DNA from: Octopus vulgaris
Taxonomy: Eukaryota
Direction: 5' to 3'
DNA: 64,000 nucleotides
Assembly: GCA_951406725.2 (NCBI GenBank)
Contig: OX597836.1
Span: 5,208,001 to 5,272,000, forward strand
The notes under the pieces are model-generated. The model saw only the letters and a list, made by a program, of their open reading frames with translations, did not search any database and had not been told where the DNA came from. This document shows positions 1 to 16,413 of the stretch, piece after piece (the stretch's first letter is position 1; the number at the start of each line of letters is the position of its first letter). The position numbers and the translations under genes are program-made.

Positions 1-2
1 GA

Positions 3-47
<45 letters not shown>

Positions 48-835
48 TGTGTCTGTGTCTGTGAGTGCGCAGCCAAGTTATAAATATGGAAAAAAAATTA
101 AAGTACTTCAGAATCAGAGAATCGGTCGAGTATAAAAAAAAAAGAAAAAGAAATCAAAGAAACATTGATTGGTCTTTGATAACTGAAGAATTAATACGGA
201 ATTACATTAGTTGAAAATATAACCACGCAAGGCAAGGAATTATAGAAGGAAAGAATTATTCGACTGGAGATTCTTAGAATTAAAGAATTAAAGGATTAAT
301 GAACCGGACCGTAAAACATTCAGTGAGAGCGACAGAGATAGAGAGAGGAGGGAGAGAAGTAGCGAGAGAGAGGTGATAGTGAGAGGGAGAGACAGACAGA
401 TAGACAATGAGAGAAAGAGTGAGTGAGATACGGAGGCACGGGAGTGGGGAAGTCGTGGTTAATGAGAGAGGAATTTCGGAATATTAAAATGTCGGCCACA
501 ATAATTTCTAGAGAAAGACGTTTGTATCGAATGAGAAAAATTAGCGACGCGAAGGCCACGTGGTTTAAACAATTACTGAACGAAGTTGACAGCAGGAAGC
601 AGTGAACGGTATAATTAGCGAAATGTAAGAGAAATAAAAAGCGAATAATTGATGATAAGAATTGGGACAGCATTAAGTATATTGGTGAAAATGGAGTATT
701 AATACCGGAAGTGGAATTTAGCGAATTAGGATAGCTTCAGAATTATAGATTAAATTTTATAGAAATCACCGGATTTAGGAACGTGAAAAGACACAATAAC
801 ATAAAGTATTAACAACAGCAAAGAAAGCAACAACT

Positions 836-910
836 ACAATAATAATAATATTAATAATATTAATAATAATAATAATAATAATAATGATAATAATAATAAT
901 AATAATAATG

Positions 911-947
<37 letters not shown>

Positions 948-958
948 TGATGATGATG

Positions 959-1019
<61 letters not shown>

Positions 1020-1030
1020 TAATAATAATG

Positions 1031-1064
<34 letters not shown>

Positions 1065-1071
1065 TAATAAT

Positions 1072-1107
<36 letters not shown>
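836..1107. repeat. (AAT)n microsatellite, apparent target site of the downstream RLE retrotransposon
   Basis: Near-pure AAT run with occasional GAT units. Confidence 0.95.
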
Positions 1108-1109
<2 letters not shown>

Positions 1110-1385
1110 CAGGAAACCCCAAAATGGCAGAAATTCAAGAGATAGTGCTCATGGGAACAGCTCATACCCTACGCAAAATACTCTCTATGTAATCCCAAGG
1201 TTTAAAACAATTTAAAAAAAAATTTATGTATTAGACATTCACAAGTACAACACCAAAATAAAACCCCAAATATATGGTACACTAGGCATAACAACAACGT
1301 GAACTTCCAACCTGTTGACTCTTGAGGTCTCTGGGTGAGACTTGGAGCCAACTTGTACAAATATAAAGCAAAAGTCAAACATAGA
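1106..1385 (+). mobile_element. 5'-truncated RLE non-LTR retrotransposon (R4/Dong-like): ORF C-terminus plus 3' UTR, embedded in (AAT)n
   Basis: Translates IPGNPKMAEIQEIVLMGTAHTLRKILSM* (stop ends 1192), matching the IQKxVLLGTAxILRKVL C-terminal motif of R4-clade ORFs; (AAT)n on both sides, the known Dong-type target. Confidence 0.8.
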
Positions 1386-1411
1386 ATAATAATAATAATA
1401 ATTATAATAAG

Positions 1412-1503
<92 letters not shown>

Positions 1504-1527
1504 TAATAATGTTAATAATAATAATAA

Positions 1528-1697
1528 TTTTCGGTTTTTTGGGGGGGACATTCACTCGTACAACACCGAAACAACCCCCTAATATATGGCACTCTAGGCA
1601 TAACAACAACATGAACTTCCAACCTGTTGTCTCTTGAGGTCTCTGGGTGAGACTTGGAGACAACTTGTATAAATATAAAGCAAAAGTCAAACATAGA
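1528..1697 (+). repeat. Second copy of the RLE element 3' UTR
   Basis: GACATTCAC...GAGGTCTCTGGGTGAGACTTGGAG...AAAGCAAAAGTCAAACATAG repeats about 1234-1385. Confidence 0.85.
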
Positions 1698-1714
1698 ATA
1701 ATAATTATAATAAG

Positions 1715-1813
<99 letters not shown>

Positions 1814-1830
1814 CGTTAATAATAATAATA

Positions 1831-1966
1831 ATTTTCGGTTTTTTGGGGGGACATTCACTCGTACAACACCGAAACAACCCCCAAATATATGGCACTCATC
1901 AGGCAACATCATCATGAACTCAACCTGTTGTCGTTGACGTCGCTGGGTGAGACGGAGACAACTTGT

Positions 1967-1967
<1 letters not shown>
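1831..1967 (+). repeat. Third, degraded copy of the RLE element 3' UTR running into (CAT)n
   Basis: Starts like copy 2 (TTTTCGGTTTTTTGGGGGGACATTCACTCGTACAACACCG) then diverges progressively. Confidence 0.75.
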
Positions 1968-2046
<79 letters not shown>

Positions 2047-2597
2047 AACCATCACCTTCATCATGTCTTATTTTTCTTCTTGTTTTTCTTCTTTTTTTCT
2101 TCTTCTTCTCTTCTTCCGCTTCGTCCGCTTCTTCATATTCATATTCTTCTTCTCCTTCATCGTTTTCCCTTTCTTCTTCATCATGTTCTTCTTCCTCCTC
2201 TTCTTCTTTCTCTTCTTCTTCTCCTCCTCTTCCTCCTCCTCCTCCTTCTTCTTCTATACTTTCATCATTATCATCGTTGTCGTCGTCGTCGTCGCCGCAT
2301 CGTCAACATCATCACCATCATCTTCACCACACACACACATATACACATACACACACACACATATACACATACACACACATACGCGTACACATTTACACAT
2401 ATGTACACATACGTGCATAACAAAGCGGATATACATACCAATCCAAAAACCGAACCTAGTATAAAACAATATTTCGTTTTTGATATTTCTCACAGCTGTC
2501 TGCTGATCGCTTGCGTGAAACCTTGGGTAACACTTTATTATGGCTTTCTCGCTTCAGTATAATACTATGCACGTTTGATGCTGTGTGTGTGTGTGTT

Positions 2598-2642
<45 letters not shown>

Positions 2643-2647
2643 ATGTG

Positions 2648-2848
2648 TCTGTGTTTGTCCCCCCAACATCGCTTGACAACCGATGCTGGTGTATTTACGT
2701 CCCCGTAACTTAGCGGTTAGGCAAAAGTGACTGATAGAATAAGTACGAAGCTTACAAAAAATAAGTCCTGGAGTCGATTTGCTCGACTAAAGGCGGTGTT
2801 CCAGCATGGCCACAGTCAAATGACTGAAACAAGTAAAAGTCTAAAAGA
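2648..2848 (+). mobile_element. SINE family 1 (Octopus OR-type tRNA SINE), 3' half
   Basis: GTTTGTCCCC...CGTAACTTAGCGGTT...CCAGCATGGCCACAGTCAAATGACTGAAACAAG shared with many copies in the window. Confidence 0.85.
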
Positions 2849-3152
2849 CATATATGTATGTGTGTGCATAACTACAGGCACACACATAAAAGTGTTTTGA
2901 TTAGTATGGCGGATATAATGTTTAAATTGCAATATGTATGATGACTAAATGATCGGCCGGCACGTGATTATTTTGACAATAATGTCCATGTTATGTTTTA
3001 TGCTATGCAATTATTTACAAAAAGCAACAGGAAGAAGAACTTTATAACAGCGACAACCATTAACAAACGACATCGACGACAAAAACCACAATCCGCCATA
3101 TTAGTTGAAATTTTACGAAAAATAAAATGCTGTAAACGATTAGAAAACAGTA

Positions 3153-3154
3153 GC

Positions 3155-3185
<31 letters not shown>

Positions 3186-3334
3186 GGAGGAGGAGGAGGA
3201 GGAGGAGGAGGGGGAGGAGGAGGAGGAGCAGGATAACGAACGTGATTGTTAGAAAATTGAGGAAAAAAGTGAACATGTAATGAAACCCATCCCGATGTTT
3301 ATGCTTTCACCGTGATAATAATAATAACAACAAC

Positions 3335-3370
<36 letters not shown>

Positions 3371-3466
3371 TAATAATAATAATAATAATGATAATAATTA
3401 ATAATAATAATAATGATAATGATGATGATGATGATGATAATAATAATAATAATGATAATAATAATA

Positions 3467-3502
<36 letters not shown>

Positions 3503-3550
3503 TTGATGATGATAATAACAATAATAATGATAATAATAATAATAATAATA

Positions 3551-3604
<54 letters not shown>

Positions 3605-3939
3605 GTAGTATTAAGAGTGATATGATAATAATGATTAATAAAAAAATAAATGATCATAGTGATGGTATTAATCCATCTCCGACAGATTGTGATCATAATG
3701 ATCATAATGATGACGATGATTATGATGATAACAATGATGAAGACGCTGCTACTGATGGTGATGATGATGATGATGATGGTGATGGTGATGATGATGATGA
3801 TGGTCATGTTGGTGATGATGATGGTTACGAAGGAAGCGTTAATAATTATATTAAATCTGATAATTCCTCACATGCTTAGACTTGCAATATCGAGATCACA
3901 AAACGAAAATATGATTAGACCGATTAGCAAGCAGCAGCC

Positions 3940-3976
<37 letters not shown>

Positions 3977-3990
3977 CAGTAGTAGTAGTA
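3153..3990. repeat. Compound trinucleotide tract (GAT/GAG/AAT/TAG)
   Basis: Directly visible. Confidence 0.9.
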
Positions 3991-4359
3991 GTATATTGTG
4001 CTGTTGTTATAGTTGATGACACAGCTGATGCAATGGCTGATGTCTTATAGTTTAAATTGATTAATAAGTCTCCGATGCGAGGTGGGCGCAGCCATCTCAG
4101 TTCGTTTCCCATCCTGGTCAGGCTTACGTTGTTGGTCTGCATTAAAAAACATATGCCTAAGAACATGGAAGATTGCATTTGTTAGCCTACGCTGGTACAA
4201 GTTTAAACATGGCAGACACAACATCATGACGAGTAACGCCACCGCCGACGATCAAAACAACGATGTAAATAATAAAAAGCAAAATGTCTGCGGGAAATGC
4301 ATTGAACCGGAAGTGTGCTCGTTGAAGCGTCGGCACAGAAAAACAACTTTCACGTTCAT

Positions 4360-8280
<3,921 letters not shown>

Positions 8281-8294
8281 TGCTGCCTTCGTTT

Positions 8295-8510
8295 CTTCTT
8301 TTATATTTGCTGAAGTTATTTGACTGTGGCCATGCTGGAACACCGCCTTGAAGCGCTTTACCTGCAGAAATCGGGTCCGGGACTTAATTTTTATAAGCGT
8401 AGTACTTATTCTATTGGTGTCTTTTGCCGAACCGCTAGGCTATGGAAATATAACTACACCAGTTTGTCAAGCGAAGACGGGGGAAGGGAAAATACATGCA
8501 CACACACACA

Positions 8511-8609
<99 letters not shown>

Positions 8610-8730
8610 ATATACCAAATCCTTCTACCAAATCCATTCAGAAGGCTTTGTTCGGTCTAATGCTATAGTAGAAGACACTTAACCATGGTGCCACGCCGTG
8701 CGACTGAACCCGGCACAATGTGGGTGGGAG
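8295..8730 (-). mobile_element. SINE family 1, near full length with internal (CA)n
   Basis: Reverse complement of both halves of the 32858-33234 copy, separated by (CA)n. Confidence 0.8.
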
Positions 8731-9107
8731 GCGTATACATATATATATATATACACATACATATACGCACACAAACAACACATACACAAATCCACACATT
8801 CCCAAACATGAACGTACATATTTAGTTGAGTTGTGTGCGCTTGTTTGCATAAGCAAATATTCACGGCTGCAAAGTCTAACTATCCAGAGATAGGTAGAGT
8901 TTAACAGACAGGAATTTGTATAGCATGTATGATGGTAATTTAAATTCAAGACACAATCTTGAAATTCCCTCTCTCTCTCACCCATACACATACACATATA
9001 TATATATATATACAGAATTAATTCGCCATATCGTGTTTCATCCATCGCGCCCTCAGTACATGGCGGATTTTTGTGGTTAATATATATATATATATATATA
9101 TATACAT

Positions 9108-9176
<69 letters not shown>

Positions 9177-9216
9177 ATATATGATATATATATTTATATA
9201 TATATAATCATATAGT

Positions 9217-9375
9217 TGGGATTTACAAAATAAAAAACAGAAGGCGAAGACAGGTGTGTAAAAAACAAACAAGTGTGTATTAGTTTAACGCTTGAGACGG
9301 TGAGAAAGTTTTTTACGTTTCCGGACTTCGCTCTCAATAGAGCACGAGATAAAAAAAAAACAGAGAGAGAATAAA
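9217..9375 (-). mobile_element. Hammerhead-bearing small element family A, degenerate copy
   Basis: GAAGACAGGTGTGTAAAAAACAAAC...TTTTACGTTTC homologous to 47476-47630; next to (TA)n. Confidence 0.6.
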
Positions 9376-9569
9376 AAGAACCTCATGTGCCTAGCGGTCA
9401 AAGATGGCGATATAAGTATTGAATTTCGTATTTATCCTACGTATACATATTTCAGTTATCATATATATATATATATATATATGTGTGCATGTGTTGCGCG
9501 CGCGCGTATTTGTATGTGTATGTGCCTGCGTGTGTATATACGTGTGTTTGTGCGGTGTATGTGTATGAG

Positions 9570-9914
9570 AGCTTATGAGAGCTCAAAATTTCTCGTGGAA
9601 TTTCTCGTCATCCAACCAAAATGCAAATAAATGGGAAACTACCACCTGTGTCATCTCTTGTGAAAGGTAGGAGAGTCCAGTTTGCTGGACATTGTTCTAG
9701 AGCTGAAAAAGAGGTATTTTCTACTCTTCTCCTCTGGAAGCCATCTACTCGCAATACCAGAGGGCGCACACTCTCCTACCCTGATGTAATCTCCAGGGAT
9801 ACAGGCATCCAGGAACAGGACCTTCGTAATGCCATGATGGACCGTGAAGTCTGGCGTAGCATGGTAAATTCCATTGTCTCGACCACGGTCGAACAATGAT
9901 GAATGATGATGATG
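9570..9914 (+). mobile_element. RTE-type LINE 3' fragment
   Basis: MRAQNFSW/RHPTKMQINGKLPPVSSLVKGRRVQFAGHCSRA...LLLWKP...AMMDREVWR resembles the RTE C-terminal domain (RRLxFAGHxxR, DRxxWR); (TGA)n tail after the stop at 9899. Confidence 0.85.
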
Positions 9915-10099
9915 TGTGTGTGTATGTGTGTGTGTGTGTCGCACCTATGTGGTACACTATGCTGAGAAACATTTAAATCTATCGAATTAATGCTAATTGA
10001 CGTAAACAATATTCTGCGCAGCTGTTGTCCAATGATATCGTTCCTTTCGAGTCCCCCTCTTCATACTCATCGTGATTCTGACCTGTCGTGAATATTGCA

Positions 10100-10497
10100 T
10101 ATCTTTCACTATTCCATCAGCTATTTTGCTAATGTCTCTTCCTTCACATCTAAACAATTATACAACGAAACGTCTGCGTTTGGCTGGGTCATGCCCTCCG
10201 TGGTCAACCAGGAGAATTCATCTACGAAGCAATTGCCCCAGCTCCCCTTCAGGGTTGGCGACAGCGAAGTGGTGGACAACGAAAAACCTGGCTGAATGAA
10301 AGTCAAGGCTGATCTGGAACCCAACCTAGGACCCCATGTCTACGGCGTTCGCCGCTGGAGCAAGGAGTGGTTGGAGATCACGAGGTCGTTAACTACAAAT
10401 CGCCAGGCCTGGTCGGCGTTTGTGAGAGATTCAGCATTGAGGATGAATGAAGCCAGCTCAACCCACCACGGGTGAATGCTGTCTCAAGACAAGAGAG
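10100..10497 (+). mobile_element. Second RTE-clade LINE 3' fragment, frameshifted
   Basis: WLGHALRGQPGEFIYEAIAPAPLQGWRQRSGGQRKTW, then KADLEPNLGPHVYGVRRWSKEWLEITRSLTTNRQAWSAFVRD; short CAAGA tail. Confidence 0.8.
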
Positions 10498-11093
10498 AAT
10501 TATACTCTGCAACAAAAATGAAGATACCTGTATTACCCAACGAACAAAAACCTGGAATTTTAAAAGTGTTAGTTGCCGTTGTGGCCATAATCGTTACTAG
10601 ATTTCTTTTCCTCTTTTTATGTAACTTATTGCGTAAATTTCAACTTTCGTTTTTAACATAATGACACGTCTCTGGCAAGATTACGCAAAACGTATGACAT
10701 TGCCGAAGACATCCCAATGGGTTGGTCCGTTGTTATGCTTCAGTTATGCGTAAAATACATGCTCTAATATGGCGATGTTCGTTTGGTAATGGAACCACCT
10801 TAAATAATGTAAGAATGGTTCGCTTCTTTTATTTTAGCTTTTGTTCTGCCTCTGTATGTTGTTTACAAATGTCGAAAAGCAAGCAATATCTGCAGCTCCA
10901 ATCTTTTTAGCTCTGCACATTTTAAAGTAAATATATTGATATTTACTTCCAGACAGTTTATCGTGGCTCGTAAAGAAAAGTTTTAAAATCTGTATCGCTA
11001 CGTATACACAAGCATGAGTATGTAAATTTATCGCTCATATCTTCGTATGCTTTTATGTGTGTGTGTGTGTACGTGTATGTGTGTGAATGTGTG

Positions 11094-11146
<53 letters not shown>

Positions 11147-11214
11147 ATACATACATATATATATATACATATATTTGTATCTATTTATAATCATATGTAT
11201 GTGTGTGTATATAT

Positions 11215-11301
11215 ATAAATACACACACATATATATATATATACTAACAGACACACACACATATTTGTATATATATATATATATACTAACACACACACAC
11301 A

Positions 11302-11335
<34 letters not shown>

Positions 11336-11485
11336 CTAACACACACACACATATATGTATATATATATATATATATATACTAACACACACACACATATAT
11401 GTATATATATATATATATATATACTAACACACACACATATATGTATAAAAATATATATATATATATACTAACACACACACACATG
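11215..11485. repeat. Higher-order minisatellite, unit (TA)n-CTAA-(CA)n-TATATG, about 5 copies
   Basis: ATACTAACACACACACACATATATGTATATAT recurs. Confidence 0.85.
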
Positions 11486-11940
11486 TGTGTGTACAAACAC
11501 ACATGCAAAACAAATAAAATATATAAATACATGTATGTAGAGGTCTGTTTTTTTTGTTTTTTTCTCTTCTCGATTGTTGTTTGTTGCTTGTATTTTATAT
11601 ATTTTCGTTGGAAAAATAATTGCTACGAGTGTCATAATTAGTTAAAGTGAACGATTCCAGAGATATATTTTACAGAGCAAAAAGCAAAATTCAACAAAAA
11701 TAAAAATTTAGTTTTATTTTGGTGCCATTGTTTTACATTTTGGTAATACAACTCCCATGCAACCAAATGTTGTAGATAATAATTTTTTTTATATGGTTGT
11801 CTACTTGCTATATGCAATGTATTTACGGTGTTTCAAGCTCTGATTTCCAATCCTATGCAGAGATCTTTATGTTTCTATTTCGGTGGGTAAAACAATTAAT
11901 TATTTCATCCGGATCAATGCTGGAAACACTGATTCCATTC

Positions 11941-12240
11941 TTAACCCGCTAACATCCAGATTACTCTGTCAAACCTAATCCTTGTTTATTCACAGACTTT
12001 GAATTGATCATGCATTAACTTATACATTTGCGGTTTCGATGGTGTGATTCGATGGTGCGATTCTTTATTTTCAGAATGGCATTGTAAGTTAGGTGTGAGA
12101 GGATGGATATGGCCAGTTTGAATATAAAACAGGTAGGATATTTTTGGCTGGATATGGTCTGTTTAAATCATAAAGGATTAACTCTTTACCGCCCAGATTA
12201 TTCTGCCAAACCCAATGCTTATTTATTTACATTATTGTGA
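11941..12240 (+). mobile_element. Putative TTAA-bounded MITE plus a partial second tandem copy
   Basis: Begins TTAACCCGCTAACAT and ends AATCATAAAGGATTAA (imperfect inverted termini); the 5' end CCAGATTAxTCTGxCAAACCxAAT restarts after about 12177. Confidence 0.45.
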
Positions 12241-12279
12241 GGCCAACAAAGAAACGATTATCATTATCATAATTATTTC

Positions 12280-12316
12280 CAGTAGTTGTAGTGGTAGCAG
12301 CAGCAGCAGCAGAAGC

Positions 12317-12379
<63 letters not shown>

Positions 12380-12580
12380 TGCAGCAGCAGTTGTGTAGTA
12401 GTAGTTGTTGCTGAATTAGTAGCAGTAGTAATAGCAGCAGCAGTATCAGTAGCAGCAGCAGTAGTAGTAGTAGTAGTAGTAGTTGTAGTAGTAGTGATGA
12501 TATTAGGGGGGGTAGTGGTAGTGGTAGTAGTAGTGATGGTATTAAGGGTGGTGGTGGTAGTGGTAGTGGTAGTGGTAGTT

Positions 12581-12620
<40 letters not shown>

Positions 12621-12744
12621 TAGTAGTAGTAGTAGTTGTAGTAGTAGTAGTAGTAGTAGTAGTTGCAGCAGCAGTTGTGTAGTAGTAGTTGTTGCTGAAT
12701 TAGTAGCAGTAGTAATAGCAGCGGCAGTATCAGTAGCAGCAGCC

Positions 12745-12789
<45 letters not shown>

Positions 12790-12870
12790 ATGATATTAGG
12801 GGGGGTAGTGGTAGTGGTAGTGGTAGTAGTAGTAGTAGTAGTGATGGTATTAAGGGTGGTGGTGGTAGTG

Positions 12871-12914
<44 letters not shown>
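12280..12914. repeat. (TAG/CAG/TGG)n array containing an internal tandem duplication of about 280 bp
   Basis: Interruptions GTTGCTGAATTAG, GATATTAGGGGGGG and GTATTAAGGG each occur twice in the same order. Confidence 0.9.
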
Positions 12915-13277
12915 CCGATGTGCTTCCTGCTTGTTGCCCCTAGAGTGTGGCTTCATTGACTTGCGAATGCAAAAAAAAGAAACAAAAATGATTTATTTTG
13001 AAATATTTCCGCTAGAGGGCCCTCATGAATTGCTTCCAGTTGTCTATAACATACTGTGAGAGAACAATTGCTCTTAATTGTTAGTCTTTACAAACATTCT
13101 TTCTATTTTCTTCCAATTTAAAACGGCTGCTATAGTAACCAGATATACCACAACAACAAAACACACACACACACACACATAGAAAATTAAAGACACAGCA
13201 ACACATAATTTCAATGAACGGTTTTACTGAAAAACATTAACTTTGGAAATAAAAATTAGTAAAATTGAAGGAAATTA

Positions 13278-13492
13278 CGAGGGGTTTCTGAAAAGTTCCT
13301 GGCTTTAAGTTATCACGAAAGGCCTGGTTTGATGAAAACCTTCTGAATTCCTTTACAGGGGCTTAGAGAAATTGAACGAACGCTGCAATAGGTGCGTGAA
13401 TCTGAGAGGCGAACATGTTGAATAAAATCATAATTAACTGATCTTCCTGTATAGTTTTTAACCAAAGCCAGTAACTTTTCACCACCTCCTTG
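13278..13492 (+). mobile_element. Mariner-derived MITE (internally deleted mariner)
   Basis: TA|CGAGGGGTTTCTGAAAAGTT ... AACTTTTCACCACCTCCTTG inverted termini; retains transposase C-terminus GLEKLNERCNRCVNLRGEHVE*. Confidence 0.75.
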
Positions 13493-13532
13493 TGAAACGC
13501 ACAACCACTTTCACACATACATATATACAGTA

Positions 13533-13919
13533 GGAGGCGCAATGGCCCAGTGGTTAGGGCAGCGGACTCGCGGTCATAGGATCGCGGTTTCGATTCCCAG
13601 ACCGGACGTTGTGAGTGTTTATTGAGCGAAAACACCTAAAGCTCCACGAGTCTCTGGCAGGGATGGTGATGATCCCTGCTGTACTCTTTCACCACAACTT
13701 TCTCTCACTCTTACTTCCTGTTTCTGTTGTACCTGTATTTCAAAGGGCCGGCCTTGTCACTCTCTGTGTCACGCTGAATATCCCCGAGAACTACGTTAAG
13801 GGTACACGTGTCTGTGGAGTGCTCAGCCACTTACACGTTAATTTCACGAGCAGGTTGTTCCGTTGATTCGGATCAACCGGAACCCTCGTCGTCGTAACCG
13901 ACGGAGTGCTTCCAAAAAA
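13533..13919 (+). mobile_element. SINE family 2, full-length tRNA-derived, young copy
   Basis: A box TGGCCCAGTGG, B box GTTTCGATTCCC; 10-bp TSD ATATACAGTA at 13523-13532 and 13920-13929; near-identical to 63432-63819. Confidence 0.92.
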
Positions 13920-14607
13920 ATATACAGTAATTCCTCCACTGCGATAGGAGAAAATCCGCGAAGTAGAAACAGTACTGTATTGTACATATTTTTAAAATTA
14001 TTTTTAAAATTATTTAATTTTATAATTTATTCCACAAAGGAATCGACGTAAGCTTAAATATCAGACCACGATATGTGAACAACGATATGGCGTAGGATAA
14101 CTCTATAATCAACGTCAAGAGATGTATGTTATGCGATATATAAGAATATAACAATTGACACCAACCATTTAGTTATTGGAATTTCACGTTTCTGATCATG
14201 AGACAGAATACGAAGGAAATATATTTGTTCGTTTATAATTTAAAAAATTCTTTCTCTTTTTGCATCCACGAAAATTTTGGACTCAGCTTGGAGCCATGAC
14301 TTTATTAACTAATATCAATCTTTTTTTCTCTATCCACTTTCGTGTTACTAAATTTTGTTTTATAATATCTCAATATATTGTGAAGCCCTTTGGCATTCTG
14401 TAGTCACGCTTTATTTTCTATTTTTTCCCACTTACAAATTACTTGTTTTTTTGTTTTTTTTTTTCTTAAGTTTTCAATTACTATTTAAAAATTTTTTTTT
14501 ATTTTCCTTTCAGATAACTGTAGAATCGTTTTACATATATAATTCCTCTCAATTTTATTGTTCATGTTGTTGCTATTGTCCAAATCAACCCAGATGTATG
14601 AACAACA

Positions 14608-14975
14608 ATGTTTTCAAATTTTGAAGCAAGGCCAGTGATTTCGGGCCCCAAGTCGCTCAATCAACCCGAGCGATTTTTCTGATTTTACTGAGTTACTTAT
14701 TTCATCGACTCCAAAAAGATGAAAGTAATGTCTACCTCAGCGGAATTTTTACTTAGAGGGACGAAATGCCGCTAAAACGTTTTACCCCGACACGCTCAGG
14801 ATTCTGCTAGCCCGCCGCTTTCAGATCTATAAACAATAATACTTTCTACCAAAGGCACAGGGCCTGAAATCTCGAAGAGGGGACTCATGAATTCTATCAA
14901 CCCCATTGAGTAACTGGTACTTACTTCATCGACCCCAAAATTATGAAAGGCATAGGCGACGTAGGTGGATCTAAG
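14608..14975 (-). mobile_element. Two head-to-tail SINE family 3 (Nin-domain-like) copies
   Basis: Reverse-complement matches to GCCTTTCATCCTTTCGGGGTCGATAAA..AAGTACCAG core of 23997-24236. Confidence 0.7.
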
Positions 14976-15078
14976 AACAGAAATGAAATCTATATATGCA
15001 TGACGTTTCCTTGGTTGTAGTCCTGCATATTCTAGACCCCATACATTGCGTGCTTTTCTTAGTAAAGAAGTTTGCTTT

Positions 15079-15116
<38 letters not shown>

Positions 15117-15150
15117 GTATGTATGTATGTATATATTTATGTGTGTCTTT

Positions 15151-15365
15151 GTATCTGTGTTTGTCCCTTCTGCCCACCATCACTTGACAATTGATGCTGG
15201 TGTGATTACGCTCCCATAACATAGCGGTTCGGCAAAAGTAATCGATAGAATACGTACTAAGCGAAGAAAGAATAAGTTCTGTGATCGATTACTTCACTAA
15301 AAAGGGCGGTAATCCAGCATGGCCACAGTCAAATGACTGAAAGAAGGAAAAAATACAAGAATAAA
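15151..15365 (+). mobile_element. SINE family 1, 3' half
   Basis: Homologous to 2648-2848. Confidence 0.8.
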
Positions 15366-15376
15366 AAAACTGATAG

Positions 15377-15522
15377 ACTTCTTTCAGTTTCCGCATACGA
15401 AACCCCTCATAAGTCTTTGGTCAGCCCAAAGCTGTAGAATACACTTGCGCAAGTTTACTTCCACACGGTTTCCGGGGTTGAATCCGGAACCGTGTGGCAA
15501 GGAAACAAACTTCTTATTACGA
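15377..15522 (-). mobile_element. SINE family 1, degenerate 5' half
   Basis: CTTCTTTCAGTTTCCG...CTTTGGTCAGCCC...GGAACCGTGTGG. Confidence 0.65.
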
Positions 15523-15559
15523 AGCTATTTAGCTATTATGTTTAGCAAATCGACTGATC

Positions 15560-15712
15560 AAACACAAGGTCTGCAAGTGAAGGGGAGGGGACCACGCGAT
15601 TATATACATCTCAATACTAAAGTTGTACTTGCAGTATCGATCTCGGTGACATTTCGAATCAGAACGTAACGACGGACGAAATGCCAGTAGGGATCTTATC
15701 CGCTTTTCTAAC
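15560..15712 (-). mobile_element. SINE family 3, degenerate
   Basis: TCGATCTCGG...TCAGAACGTAAC...GACGAAATGCC. Confidence 0.55.
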
Positions 15713-16173
15713 CACACAACCATCTTCCCAGCTTCTTGTTCACATATACTAGTTATGTCTGAAGTTCCATCTCGTTTCTAGCTGCACTTTTGGTATGGCT
15801 AATTACTGTGGCGACTTATTGAAGATGTTATACGATTATTTTTCTTGTCTACTTTTGTGTTTTTCGATAAATTAATTTATCACCCATTTCAGCAGAATAA
15901 AATTTTTTGTGCAATATTATGCAATAAATAAGCGCATCTATAATAATTATTTTCTTTTTGCATTTATTGTACGATGTCCAGTTTATTTATTTGCTTGGCA
16001 AAGGGCTTTTCTGTCAATCCTTCATAGATTTCTAGTATGTAATGTCCTTTATCTCGCAAAATTACTTGTTTTGTACATGCTTGCATATACATATACATAC
16101 ATACACACATACATACATACATACATACATAAATACATACATACATGCAGCATGCATTCATACATACATACAC

Positions 16174-16204
<31 letters not shown>

Positions 16205-16355
16205 TGTATATATATGTATGTATGTAAGTATGTATGTATGTATGTATGTATGTATTTATGTATGTATAGACATCGTTTTGGGATTTGGTTTGCAAGAATC
16301 TGTATGTGAGTATGTATGTATCTATATATATATGTATGTAGCTTTGTATATATGT

Positions 16356-16413
<58 letters not shown>

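Noticed and set aside
11215-11485. CRISPR-like repeat-spacer array
   Set aside because: The spacers are just variable TA/CA runs; the context is eukaryotic and has no cas genes.
13533-13605. tRNA gene (also 63432-63504)
   Set aside because: It is the tRNA-derived head of a TSD-flanked SINE with no proper acceptor stem.
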